64,000 nucleotides of DNA, taken from Octopus sinensis (lineage: Eukaryota). Position 1 is the first letter of the stretch; each line of letters starts with the position of its first letter. This document shows, one piece after another, positions 50,297-60,993 of this stretch. The stretch is taken from positions 13,144,001 to 13,208,000 of the forward strand of contig NC_043017.1 in NCBI RefSeq assembly GCF_006345805.1, read 5' to 3'. A program made the translations under genes and the position numbers. A model generated the notes under the pieces. The model was given only the letters and a program-made list of their open reading frames with translations, was not told the DNA's origin and searched no databases.

Positions 50297-50521
50297 TACT
50301 CTTTTACTCTATTTTACTTGTTTCAGTCATTTGACTGTGGCCATGCAGGAGCACCATCTTTAGTCGAGCAAACTGACCCCAGGACTTATTTTTTGCGAGC
50401 CTAGTACTTATTCTATTGGTCTCTTATGCCGAACTGCTAAGTTACAGGGACATAAACACATCAACATCGGCTGTCAAGCAATGTTGGGGGGACAAATACA
50501 AACACACAAACATATACACAC

Positions 50522-50564
<43 letters not shown>

Positions 50565-50728
50565 TACAATGGGCTTCTTTCAGTTTCCGTCTACCAAATC
50601 CACTCACAATCTTTGGTCGGCCCGAAGCAATAGTAGAAGACACCTGCCCAAGGTGCTACGCAGTGGGACTGAACCCGGAACCATGTGGCTGGTAAGCAAG
50701 CTACTTACCACACAACCACTCCTGTGCC
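50297..50728 (-). mobile_element. SINE family A
   Basis: Reverse copy, moderately diverged. Confidence 0.85.
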
Positions 50729-50875
50729 TATATGTGGAAAAAAAATGAAAAGTAATTTTATTTTCATTGACTTGAAAAAAAGATCAAAAATATAAAATAT
50801 CAAGATACAGAATACATTATCATCATCATCATTACAATGACTACTTTTCCATGTTTGTATGAATCAGATGGAATT

Positions 50876-51865
50876 TACAAATATCCTGGCACCAGGTAAA
50901 ACTAGAAAAATCGGTTAGATTTATACCCATTTGGGAACCCGACATCATAGGGCTGGGAGAAAGGGTGTAGATTAATTGAACTGGGAGACAGAGAAGACAC
51001 TGTAGGGTACTGTAAGGCTAGCTTAAGATACTATGGCGGTTTTTGTTTAATTACCTTAAGCTTTCTCTCAGGTTATATTATTTTATTTGGCTTTTCTCTG
51101 AGTAAGGGAGTATATAATGATTCAACGTCACTTATACCAAAGTGTTATCATTATACCTAAAACCCTAACTACAGGTATAACGTCATATAGACATATACGC
51201 ATGAAATGCTATGAATATTAATGACATGTATGTTAAATATTTTCTTCGTGTCCTTTAAACCGCTATAAGAAAACATAAATTAAGGATTACAGAAATGCAC
51301 ACTTATTTATACTCAGTTGAAAAACAAACGTGAAGAGAAACATTTTCTTTTAATTAGTTTTATTATATAAATATAACATTTTATATTATTTACAGTAGGA
51401 AAGATAACTTTGTCGTGAAGAAGAACGACTATAATTTCATTAACTAATTTCTCAATTCTTGCTAATACATTAACCAACAAATCAAAATAGATTTGTGATT
51501 AACTCTAGACATGGCATGAAAATTACCGATGTCTCAAAAGAGTGAGTGTCGTGGAGTTCAGTGACATCCAACAAACACTGAAATTTCTTCCAAAATCCAG
51601 GGTTTTTATAACTGCTCAACTTGACTTAAAAGAACCGAAATCCATGACAAATATTCTTTACGAAACTTTTAGAATCTTTATATGAGCAGTTATATTAACC
51701 AATGGGAAAAAACAAAAATGATAATTCTTCGGCAAAGACATTACGTCATATTGCCAATTCGCGCCACATTTCAAAATGGCTAAAATGGTTATTGCAACAA
51801 TACAAATATCCTGGCACCAGGTAAAACTTGATAAATCGGTTAGATTTATACCCATTTGAGAACCC
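50876..51865. repeat. 65-bp direct repeats (50876-50940, 51801-51865) flanking ~860 bp
   Basis: tacaaatatcctggcaccaggtaaaact...atttatacccattt g(g/a)gaaccc; 62/65 identical. Confidence 0.9.
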
Positions 51866-52449
51866 CTGCTGTAAATGTAACAAAAATTAGATGATAAAAA
51901 AAGTAGAGGTTGTTTGTGTTTGATTCAAGAAGATAAAATCAGAATCTACCAAAATTATGACAACACACACACACAAATTATCATATACCCATACATAACT
52001 TATGATACACAACTGATGATACAAATACACACACACATAAATGAGATAAAAATCTGTTGGAATTAGAAGTGAAATTGGTAAATTTTGGGTGTTAAAGTTA
52101 TGTGGTTAGCTTTAAGAATATATATTTTATGAATTTACATAAATCATTTCATATATTATCAACACCGTTCCTAGTTTAATCTCCACATAAGATTTTATTG
52201 TTTTTATTTCATATTAGACATTTGGGGATTCTCAGTATAATATCTACATCAGTTAGACATTCTTTAGCATGTAATTATTCATATACACCCAGCTCTACTC
52301 TATGGAAACTAAAATAGTTTGGTAGGTTAGAACCAAGTGATGCCAGACTGAGAATGTAAGACATCGTGATGACAATAACAACAACAACAGCAATAGTAGA
52401 GCATCATCATCATCATTGTTATTATTATTATCATTATTATTATCATTAT

Positions 52450-53480
52450 TTGTTGTTGTTGTTTAAATTCTGCCGAGATTGACTTTGGTTTTCATCCTTT
52501 CAGGGTCAATAAATTAAGTACCAGTGAAACACTGAGGTCATTGTAATCGACTAGTTCCCATCCCCCAAATTTCAGGCCTTGTGCCTTTAGTAGAAAGGAT
52601 TATTATTATTATTATTATTATTATTTGTTGTTGTTGTTGTTTAAATTCTGCTGAGGTTAACTTAGCCTTTCATCCTTTCAGGGTTGTAAAATAAGTACAA
52701 ATTAAACACTGGGGTCAATGTAAATGAATATTCCCCTCCTCCAGAATTTCAGACCTTGTGCCTATTGTAGAAAAGATGATTATTATTATTATTATTATTA
52801 CTATTACTATTAGTATTATTATTACTATTACTATTATTATTGTTATTATTATTATTATTACTATTATTATTATTATTACTATTATTATTGTTATTATTAC
52901 TACTATTATTATTATTACTACTATTATTATTATTACTACTATTATTATTATTATTATTATTACTATTATTATTATTATTATTATCATTATTATTATTACT
53001 ATTATTAATATTATTATTATTATTATTACTATTATTATTATTACTATTATTACTATTATTATTACTATTATTACTATTATTATTATTATTACTATTAGTA
53101 TTATTATTACTATTAGTATTATTATTACTATTATTATTGTTGTTATTATTATTATTATTATTATTGTTATTATTATTATTATTACTATTACTATTATTAT
53201 TATTATTATTACTATTACTATTATCATTATTATTATTGTTATTATCATTATTATTACTATTACTATTATTATTATTTAGCACACCAGACCAAACGCTTAG
53301 GGGCATTTCATCCACCTTTATGTTCAGAGTTCAATTTCTGCCAAGGTCAATTTGCTTTTCATTTTTTCAGAGCTGATCTGATGTAACTGAATAGCCCTCT
53401 CCCACAAAATTTCAGGCCTTGTTCCTATAGTAGAAAGGGTTATTATTATCATCATCACCATTGGCATCATCATCATCATC
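52450..53480 (+). mobile_element. Three successive 5'-truncated SINE-B-variant copies with (ATT)n tails
   Basis: Core plus tail aatttcaggccttgtgcct..agtagaaagg at ~52450-52600, 52625-52776 and 53280-53440. Confidence 0.75.
52777..53277. repeat. ~500-bp (ATT/ACT)n trinucleotide microsatellite
   Basis: Direct inspection. Confidence 0.97.
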
Positions 53481-54238
53481 ACCATTGGCATCATTATTAT
53501 TATTATTAAATATCTTCTCTCTTATTTGTTTCAGTCATTGGCCTGTGGCCTCAGCTGGGGCACTATCTTCAAGGGTTTGGTTGAACAAATAAACCTCGCT
53601 ACCTACTTTTATCAAACTGTTAAGTTATGGGGATATAAACAAACCAACACTAGCTGTCAAACGGTGGGGAGGGCAAATATAGACATAAAAACACACACAT
53701 ATATGTATGTATACAATGGGCTTCCACACAGTTTCCAATTCCACTCACAAGGCATTGGTTAGCCTGGGCCTATGGTAGATGACACTTGCTCAGGGTGCCA
53801 TGTAAAGGGACTGAACCCAAAATCAAGTCATTACAAAGCAAGTTTCTTAACTGCATTGCTATGCCTAAACCTATAATAAATAATATAAAATAAATACAAT
53901 AAATATTTGAAAATAAAATCTCGAAACATTATGGGAAAAGAAATTTTTTGATCAATGTTTTTTCAGTGTGAGAGAAATAAAATATCTTTAAATAATTTTC
54001 ACAGAAATCTTTTTTATTGCAGATTTGATAAGTTTTGCAAGAAAAAATAAATAAAATAAATAAATAAAATGAAATTTATTTACATAAAACTCCAACAAAA
54101 TATTTAATTTCAGAGTTGTATAGTTTGTATGAAGCATTACCTGATATAGATATTTTTAATTAATATATTTTTTCTTTATGTCAAAACAATGCAAGTCAAT
54201 GGTTTGTACTGTTACCTTATATTTCAATATTTTGGGTT

Positions 54239-54330
54239 TAGGATCCCTTCTTCAGGAAATCTTTGAAGATCAGCTCACAATACCATATCTCCAAAGATTT
54301 CCTGAAGAAGGAATCCTAATCCTGAAATAC
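54239..54330. repeat. Inverted repeat (32-bp arms, 16-nt loop) made of two decayed hammerhead-bearing Penelope-type fragments
   Basis: Arms 54239-54270 and 54287-54318 differ at 2 positions. Each strand reads ATTTC-CTGAAGA-AGG(G/A)ATCCTAA..; the minus copy has G12A (AAAA for GAAA) and the plus copy has lost stems III/I. Confidence 0.6.
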
Positions 54331-54651
54331 CAAAATACAAGTACAAAGCATTGATATGCATTGTTTTGGCTCAGAAAAATGAAAATTAAAAACATTTATA
54401 CGATTCCAGGTTCCAATAAACAGGAAAAAAGTTATCTTGTAAGATCTACATCCTCAGTTGTTCATGGAACGCAAAAATATATAAACAAGTTAAGTAAAAT
54501 GTAATTTTTACATTTCATTTCCAAAATAAATAAATTCTTGTGTTTTTGTGCAAGAATACTCAAAGAGAGATTTCCAAAACAACTTGTGACCAATATAATA
54601 TTTATAGACACACACAGGTATCAGGAATTACTTCAGTTACCATTTCATAAA

Positions 54652-56262
54652 TTATATCGCTTCGAATGCAAGATACTTTTTTAGAAATTCAGGTAATGGC
54701 AACTTATTAATTTTTAGTAATAGATTTGGCATTAACAAATTCCTTATTAAAAACCGGATTGAATTCTTCAAAGGGAGTGGCTTCTTCCCTAATTCTTCAA
54801 AATACTCTTTCTCTTCATTAGAGAACTCTCTACAACGATCAATGGCATAGAGATCAAAAAGACTACAAGCCTCCATGAGAAGTTTAAGAAGTTTCTCATC
54901 CTTAGAAATTTTATCAAAATAATGCAAAACTCCAAAAGGATTTCTCTTCCTCACAACTGTTGTAAAACCACCAAAGTGAACTATGGCACCATGTTGAATC
55001 AAATTGAGAATAACATCATAACTGATAGAATCTTGGTTCCTAAGGTATTCAACAATTGGTGAAAAACAAGGAGCAATGTAATTAATAATATCTGCATGTC
55101 TGTTTGGATTGGCGCCAGCTTGAAGCAACAGGTTTATTATTTCTCTTTGGTTCATCGTATTTGTTGCTGCACAAGCCATCATCAGGGCCGTACAGTTGTC
55201 ATCGGTAACTTCATCAACATCGATGGGAAATAAAAGAACTAGTTCAACTAAATCCTCTCGGTCAGTAAGGACAGCAGTATGTAGAACATTATATTTATAG
55301 TTAGGAAATTTTGATGTTTGTGCATGATGTAACAATAAAGTTCTGGCAATGGTTCGGTTTCCAGCCTCGATTGCAAAATGCAGAGCTGTTTTCTGCTCAA
55401 ATCTTTCAGGACATTGTAAATTGACATCAGCACCATACCTCAACAACAGACGAGTAGCAAAGATTTCATTCTCTTTTGCTGCTTTCATTAAGGGGGTGAC
55501 GCCACATCGGTTTATTGAGTTTGGGTCAGCACCATACTGAAGCAAGAGATCGAGGCATTCAATATTCTGAAGTGGCACAAGATTTATTTCAAAACCCATG
55601 AAATATCTGCGATTAGCTTTAGCACCGTTCTCCAAGAGGAGTTTTACTATAGCTACATGGTTGTTTTCTAACGCTAAATTTATTGGCTCAATTGTTAAAT
55701 CTTCTAAGACTGTCTGTGGCGTTGGACCGGACGCATCATTGGTTACAGCTGGTGAACTTTGCTCATTCGTTGTATTTAATTCACTTTGGTTTTGTCCTTG
55801 GTCTTGGTTTTCATTTTGTTCTTGGTCATCAGGCGTAAAAGGTTTAGATTGTTTAGGAGTATATTCATGAGCTTCGATGTTGATTTTGGCCCCACATTTT
55901 ATCAAGTATTTCATGCTCTTCAAGTGACCCTTTCGTGCACATAGATGAAGAGGTGTGTAACCAACGTCATCTCTAGCATTGATGTCAGCTCCATGTTTTA
56001 ACAAAATTCGAATAATATCTGTATTGTCAGCATAGGAGGCATAATGAATAGGTTTCAGACCGCGATTCACATTTCCATTGACATCACCACCATATTTTAT
56101 AATAATCTCTACATCTGCTATAGGTGCATCATGGGTAATAGCTTCTGCTAAAACCCTCTGCACTGATCTTCTGTGCAACTCTTCCTCTTCAGCAGAAAGT
56201 TTTCCACGTTTCCGTCTTTCTTTGTTTTCTTCAGATTTGTCTTTAGTTGTGTTTCCAGTCTC
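54652..56262 (-). CDS. Ankyrin repeat and SOCS box (ASB-family) protein, large terminal coding exon
   Basis: Open frame of 536 codons + TAA. Multiple ankyrin repeats (GLKPIHYAS, GYTPLHLCARKGH, GVTPLMKAAKEN, KTALHFAIEAGN, CTALMMAC). C-terminal SOCS box PLPLKNSIRFLIR...LPLPEFLKKYL. The frame extends 28 codons upstream of the track's TTG to a pyrimidine-rich acceptor (ttttctctgtttggaacttacAG|GAG) at 56263/56262. Confidence 0.93.
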   Translation of the reverse strand, partial: ETGNTTKDKSEENKERRKRGKLSAEEEELHRRSVQRVLAEAITHDAPIADVEIIIKYGGDVNGNVNRGLKPIHYASYADNTDIIRILLKHGADINARDDVGYTPLHLCARKGHLKSMKYLIKCGAKINIEAHEYTPKQSKPFTPDDQEQNENQDQGQNQSELNTTNEQSSPAVTNDASGPTPQTVLEDLTIEPINLALENNHVAIVKLLLENGAKANRRYFMGFEINLVPLQNIECLDLLLQYGADPNSINRCGVTPLMKAAKENEIFATRLLLRYGADVNLQCPERFEQKTALHFAIEAGNRTIARTLLLHHAQTSKFPNYKYNVLHTAVLTDREDLVELVLLFPIDVDEVTDDNCTALMMACAATNTMNQREIINLLLQAGANPNRHADIINYIAPCFSPIVEYLRNQDSISYDVILNLIQHGAIVHFGGFTTVVRKRNPFGVLHYFDKISKDEKLLKLLMEACSLFDLYAIDRCREFSNEEKEYFEELGKKPLPLKNSIRFLIRNLLMPNLLLKINKLPLPEFLKKYLAFEAI

Positions 56263-56380
56263 CTGTAAGTTCCAAACAGAGAAAACTATATTATGAAATA
56301 CAATAAAAATATTTTTACAAAGAAGCCAAAATCAAAATTATAAATTAACTGCTATGAATTTAATGCAAATAAAATTAGAA

Positions 56381-56688
56381 AAAGCAATATCCGACTCGTG
56401 GCCGATGCCAGCGCCGCCTCGACTGGCCTCCGTGCCGGTGGCACGTAAAATACACCAATCTGACCGTGGCCGTTGCCAGCCTCGCCTGGCACCTGTGCAG
56501 GTGGCACGTAAAAAGCACCCACTACACTCACAGAGTGGTCGGCGTTATGAAGGGCATCCAGCTGTAGAAACATTGCCAGATAAGACTGGAGCCTGGTGCA
56601 GCCTTCTGGCTTCCCAGATCCCCGGTCGAACCGTCCAACCCATGCTAGCATGGAGAACGGACGTTAAACGATGATGATGATGATGATG
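56381..56688 (+). mobile_element. Family C, ~120 bp from the ASB exon-2 acceptor
   Basis: Near full-length copy. Confidence 0.9.
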
Positions 56689-56865
56689 AAAACAGTTAAA
56701 ATTATCAGCACATAAGTATAGGTATAAATGTGTAGTTAAGAAGTTTGCTTTTGAACTACATTATTTTAAGTTCAGTTACAGTGCACAGCACTTTAAGCAA
56801 TAGTCCAAGCTGACCAAAGCCTGGTAAATGGATTTAGTAGACAGAAATTAAAAAAGAAACTATAT

Positions 56866-57300
56866 GGTGGTGAGCTGGCAGAAACGTTAGCACGCTGGGC
56901 GAAATGCTTAGCGGTATTTCGTTTGCCGTTACATTCTGAGTTCAAATTCCACCAAGGTTGACTTTGCCTTTCATCCTTTCGGGGTTGATAAATTAAGTAC
57001 CAATTATGCACTGGGGTCGATGTAATCGACTTAATCCGTTTGTCTGCCCTTGTCTGTCCCCTCTATGTTTAGCCCCTTGTGGGTAATAAAGAAACAGGTA
57101 TTTCGTCTGCTGTTACGTTCTGAGTTCAAATTCTGCTGAGGTCAACTTTGCCTTTCATCATTTCAGGGTCGATAAATTAAGTACCAGTTATGCACCAGAA
57201 TCGATGTAATCGACTTAATCCCTTTTTACAATAGGACAAATTTATATTATTTAATCTCAACAAAGGGATTGTTGAGCCCCTTGTGGGCAATAAAGAAATA
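56866..57300 (+). mobile_element. SINE family B with a duplicated body
   Basis: Second body starts at gaaacagGTATTTCGTCTG (~57098). Confidence 0.85.
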
Positions 57301-57339
57301 AGAAACTAAAAAAGAAGTTTGTCATATGTGCGTGTGTAA

Positions 57340-57872
57340 GTGTGAAAGTGTGTGGTTTCATGATTGAAGGGTTGTGAGTTTGATACCTGGCAACATGTTA
57401 TGTCCTTGAACAAAACACTATATTTCACATTGATCCAGCCAACTTAGCTGAGAAAAATGAAGAGTACTTGAAATTCAAAGGGCCAGCCTTGTCACATTCA
57501 GTGTCATGTTGAATCACCCTGAGAACTACATTAAACCTTTCGTTACCAATGTGGCTGAAACCAGCTCTGGTTCTGTAGTACAAATGTCTTGTTTACATAA
57601 GTTTTGAATTAAAATCTTCCACCAAATCTTAGTCACAATTTATGTTCCTAACACTAGTTGAATGATAACTAAGTTATTTTTACTTAAGTCTTTGTTATAT
57701 TTAAAGTAATTGAAGGAAACACAGAGCATCTCAGAATAAATAGAGTAACGAAAGGGTTAAGGGTACATGCATCTGTGGAGTGCTCAGCTATTTGCACATC
57801 AATTCCATGTGCAGGTTGTTTGATTGATTGAACCAGCTGGAACCCTGGTCAGCATAACTAACGGAGTTCCAG
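57340..57872 (+). mobile_element. Old SINE with E-type core and D-type tail, split by a piggyBac-like MITE
   Basis: gtccttgaacaaaacact... ttcaaagggccagccttgtcac...[MITE]...gggtacatgcatctgtggagtgctcagc...acggagttccag. Confidence 0.7.
57535..57756. mobile_element. piggyBac-like MITE (CCCTTTCGTTAC TIR), TTAA TSD
   Basis: TTAA|acctttcgttac...gtaacgaaaggg|TTAA; interrupts a SINE tail at gagaactacattaa|gggtac. Confidence 0.85.
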
Positions 57873-57900
57873 TGTGTGTGTGTGTTATTCTTTCTTTTTT

Positions 57901-58094
57901 TTTACTTGTTTCAGTCATTTGACTGCGGCCATGCTGGAGCACCGCCTTGAAGTCGAGCAAATCGACCCCGGGACTTATTCTTTGTAAGCCCAGTACTTAT
58001 TCTATCGGTCTCTTTTGCCGAACCGCTAAGTGACGGGGACCTAAACACACCAGCATCGGCTGTCAAGCAATGCTAGGGGGACAAACACAGACAT

Positions 58095-58125
<31 letters not shown>

Positions 58126-58296
58126 CATATATACGACAGGCTTCTTTCAGTTTCCGTCTACCAAATCCACTCACAAGGCATTGGTCGGCCCGGGGCTATA
58201 GCAGAAGACACTTGCCCAAGATGCCACGCAGTGGGACTGAACCCGGAACCATGTGGTTGGTTAGCAAGCTAAATACCACACAGCCACTCCTGCGCC
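57901..58296 (-). mobile_element. SINE family A (in predicted ASB intron)
   Basis: Full-length, reverse. Confidence 0.9.
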
Positions 58297-58678
58297 TGTG
58301 TGTGTGTGTGTTAGTGGCTCCTTTCAACATAGTGTGATAGTTGTAAATTTGTGTCGTCATCATATAAGCAGAATCATTTAGTTCTAATATTCTGTGGAAA
58401 CATGTCTGGCCAAGGGAAAAGTTACCTTGCTTGGAAACAGTGAGCCTCAATAAACTTCGTCCAACCCATGCAAGCATTGAAAAGTGGATGTTGAAAAAAA
58501 TGTACCTAGATCTTGTTGAAACCAAATGTCATCTTGATTTCCAAGAAAACAAGGCAGCTAATCCTATTGGTGTCAACAGTGCCTCCAACGGGAAAGGAGG
58601 GAAAAGACACAAGAGAGGAAGGGGTTCAAGTACTAGGAATTAATGGAGGTTTTTTTTACCAAAATGGGTAAAGGACAA

Positions 58679-59059
58679 GGCGCAATGGCCCAGTGGTTAG
58701 GGCAGCGGACTCGCGGTCATAGGATCGCAGTTTCGATTCCCAGACCGGGCGTTGTGAGTGTTTATTGAGTGAAAACACCTAAAAGCTCCACGAGGCTCCG
58801 GCAGGGGATGGTGGTGATCCCTGCTGTACTCTTTCACCACAACTTTCTCTCACTCTTACTTCCTGTTTCTGTTGTACCTGTATTTCAAAGGGCCGGCCTT
58901 GTCACTCTCTGTGTCACGCTGAATATCCCCGAGAACTACGTTAAGGGTGCACGTGTCTGTGGAGTGCTCAGCCACTTACACGTTAATTTCACGAGCAGGC
59001 TGTTCCGTTGATTCGGATCAACCGGAACTCTCATCGTCATAACTGACGGAGTGCTTCCA
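58679..59059 (+). mobile_element. SINE family D, ~9-bp TSD
   Basis: aggacaagg on both sides. Confidence 0.92.
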
Positions 59060-59917
59060 TCCAGAGGACAAGGTGTTTACTACTGGAGGCTGGTGGCCAA
59101 AAGTTTGCAGGTTGTACCCTAAGTAATGCTTATGGAACACTGGACATTATAGGAATGATCTGAAGAAAGAATCTATATGATCCTGGATGAAATGAGATGA
59201 TTGGTGAGGGATATCGGAGTAGAACACTACTTTTACACAGGTCTCGGGTTGATCGAACTAGGTTGGGTCACCTGGATGAGGGTTTATTCTGAAAGATGTG
59301 AAACACTCAATGAACTCAATGTACAACACTGATGTGTCCAGGCATAACATCTGTAGATGTATGGGCAGAATTCTGGTTTAAACACTTCATACAATCCCTT
59401 GTAACTTTTTTATATTTGAGGATTTTCAGAAAACTTTTGCGAATTTGTGTTCTACACACAGGAATTCGTATATCTATGCAAAAGAAAGTTTTTGATTTTT
59501 TAAAAACTTAAAACAATTTTTTGAATTAAAAAAAATTTTTAATTTTTCAAATTCTTTTTTTTAAATCATAGTTTGAAATGTGGACAGACCAAATTTTTTG
59601 TTTAAATCCCAGCAATAAACTATTAAAGGTGTTTATGGGGAGAAAAATTTTGGAAAGCATCAAGACATGTTAGAGAGACAAAGAAACAAGGAAGGTAGGC
59701 AGCCATGAGATGTGCTAAAAATAACAACTAAAAAGACCTTAAATCATACTAAAAAAAAATTCTTTGGTTTTTGAACAGTCATATGAATTCCCATATGTAG
59801 AATATAAATTCATAAAAATCTTGTGAAAATTCAAAAAAATAAAAAAAGTTACAAGGGGTTATTCAGAGTGCCAACCAGAATTCTGCCAATGTATGTTGAA
59901 TTAAGATATATAATTAA

Positions 59918-60137
59918 CCATTTCATTACCAACCCGGCTGAAACTGGCTCTGGTTCTCAGTACAAATGTCTTGTTTACATAAGTTTTGAATTAAAATCTT
60001 CCACCAAACCGTAGTCACAATTTATGTTCCTAACACTAGCTTAATGATAACTAAGTTATTTTACTAAATTCTTTGTTATATTTAAAGTAACTGAAAGAAA
60101 CACAGAGCATCTCAAAATAAACACAGTAACGAAAGGG
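59918..60137. mobile_element. piggyBac-like MITE, same family as 57535-57756
   Basis: TTAA|ccatttcattacc...gtaacgaaaggg|TTAA. Confidence 0.82.
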
Positions 60138-60321
60138 TTAAGGAGACTCGTGAGTGATAAATTATGTTGAAGAGTTAAGACAGTTCAGCTAAATTAGCAG
60201 AAAGAAATTGTGGTCTTTGAGAAGCTAGAATGACAATCACTCATAGCATAACCACCAGCACAGTCACTGCTTAAGACTCTGTGTGTGTGTGTATGTTTTG
60301 GATGTTATTTCAAGCAGATCT

Positions 60322-60708
60322 GGATGGAAGCACTCCGTCGGTTACAACGACGAGGGTTCCGGTTGATCCGAATCAACGGAACAGCTGCTCGTGAAATTAA
60401 CGTGTAAGTGGCTGAGCACTCCACAGACACGTGGTACTCTTAACGTAGTCCTCGGGGATATTCAGCGTGACACAGAGAGTGACAAGGCCCGCCCTTTGAA
60501 ATACAGGTACAACAGAAACAGGAAGTAAGAGTGAGAGAAAGTTGTGGTGAAAGAGTACAGCAGGGATCACCACCATCCCCTGCCGGAGCCTCGTGGAGCT
60601 TTAGGTGTTTTCGCTCAATAAACACTCACAACGCCCGGTCTGGGAATCGAAACCGCGATCCTACGACTGCAAGTCCGCTGCCCTAACCACTGGGCCATTG
60701 CGCCTCCT
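60322..60708 (-). mobile_element. SINE family D, 11-bp TSD
   Basis: caagcagatct at 60311-60321 and 60709-60719. Confidence 0.92.
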
Positions 60709-60734
60709 CAAGCAGATCTAGTAACCATGTTGTG

Positions 60735-60970
60735 CAGTGGTTCTCAACTGGAGTGCATATTATCCTTGGGTGTCCGTGTGAGATTTTGTTGTTAAAATGC
60801 ATGCGCAATAAATTGGTTATACTTTTACAATACCCAAAATAATTCAACAATTTTTTTTTATACAATTCCTAATAATATTTAATTTATAGTTAAATATATC
60901 GGATTTTAAAAATATCAAGTGGTTATAGGAATCAGAGGAGTCCATAGGTAAAAAATAGTAGAGAACCATG
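60735..60970. mobile_element. hAT(Charlie)-like MITE relic
   Basis: cagtggttctcaac ... tagtagagaaccatg. Confidence 0.5.
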
Positions 60971-60993
60971 GGTGTAGAGGATCCCTCGATACC

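Noticed and set aside
52715-53376. Poly-I, poly-N and poly-L ORFs
   Set aside because: Artefacts of the (ATT)n tract.
56176-56178. TTG start given by the ORF track for the ASB protein
   Set aside because: The frame stays open for 28 more codons to a good splice acceptor; a spliced ATG exon is more plausible in a eukaryote.
58679-58750. tRNA gene
   Set aside because: A/B boxes are present, but there is no complete cloverleaf and it continues into a SINE body with TSD; the same applies to the other SINE heads.
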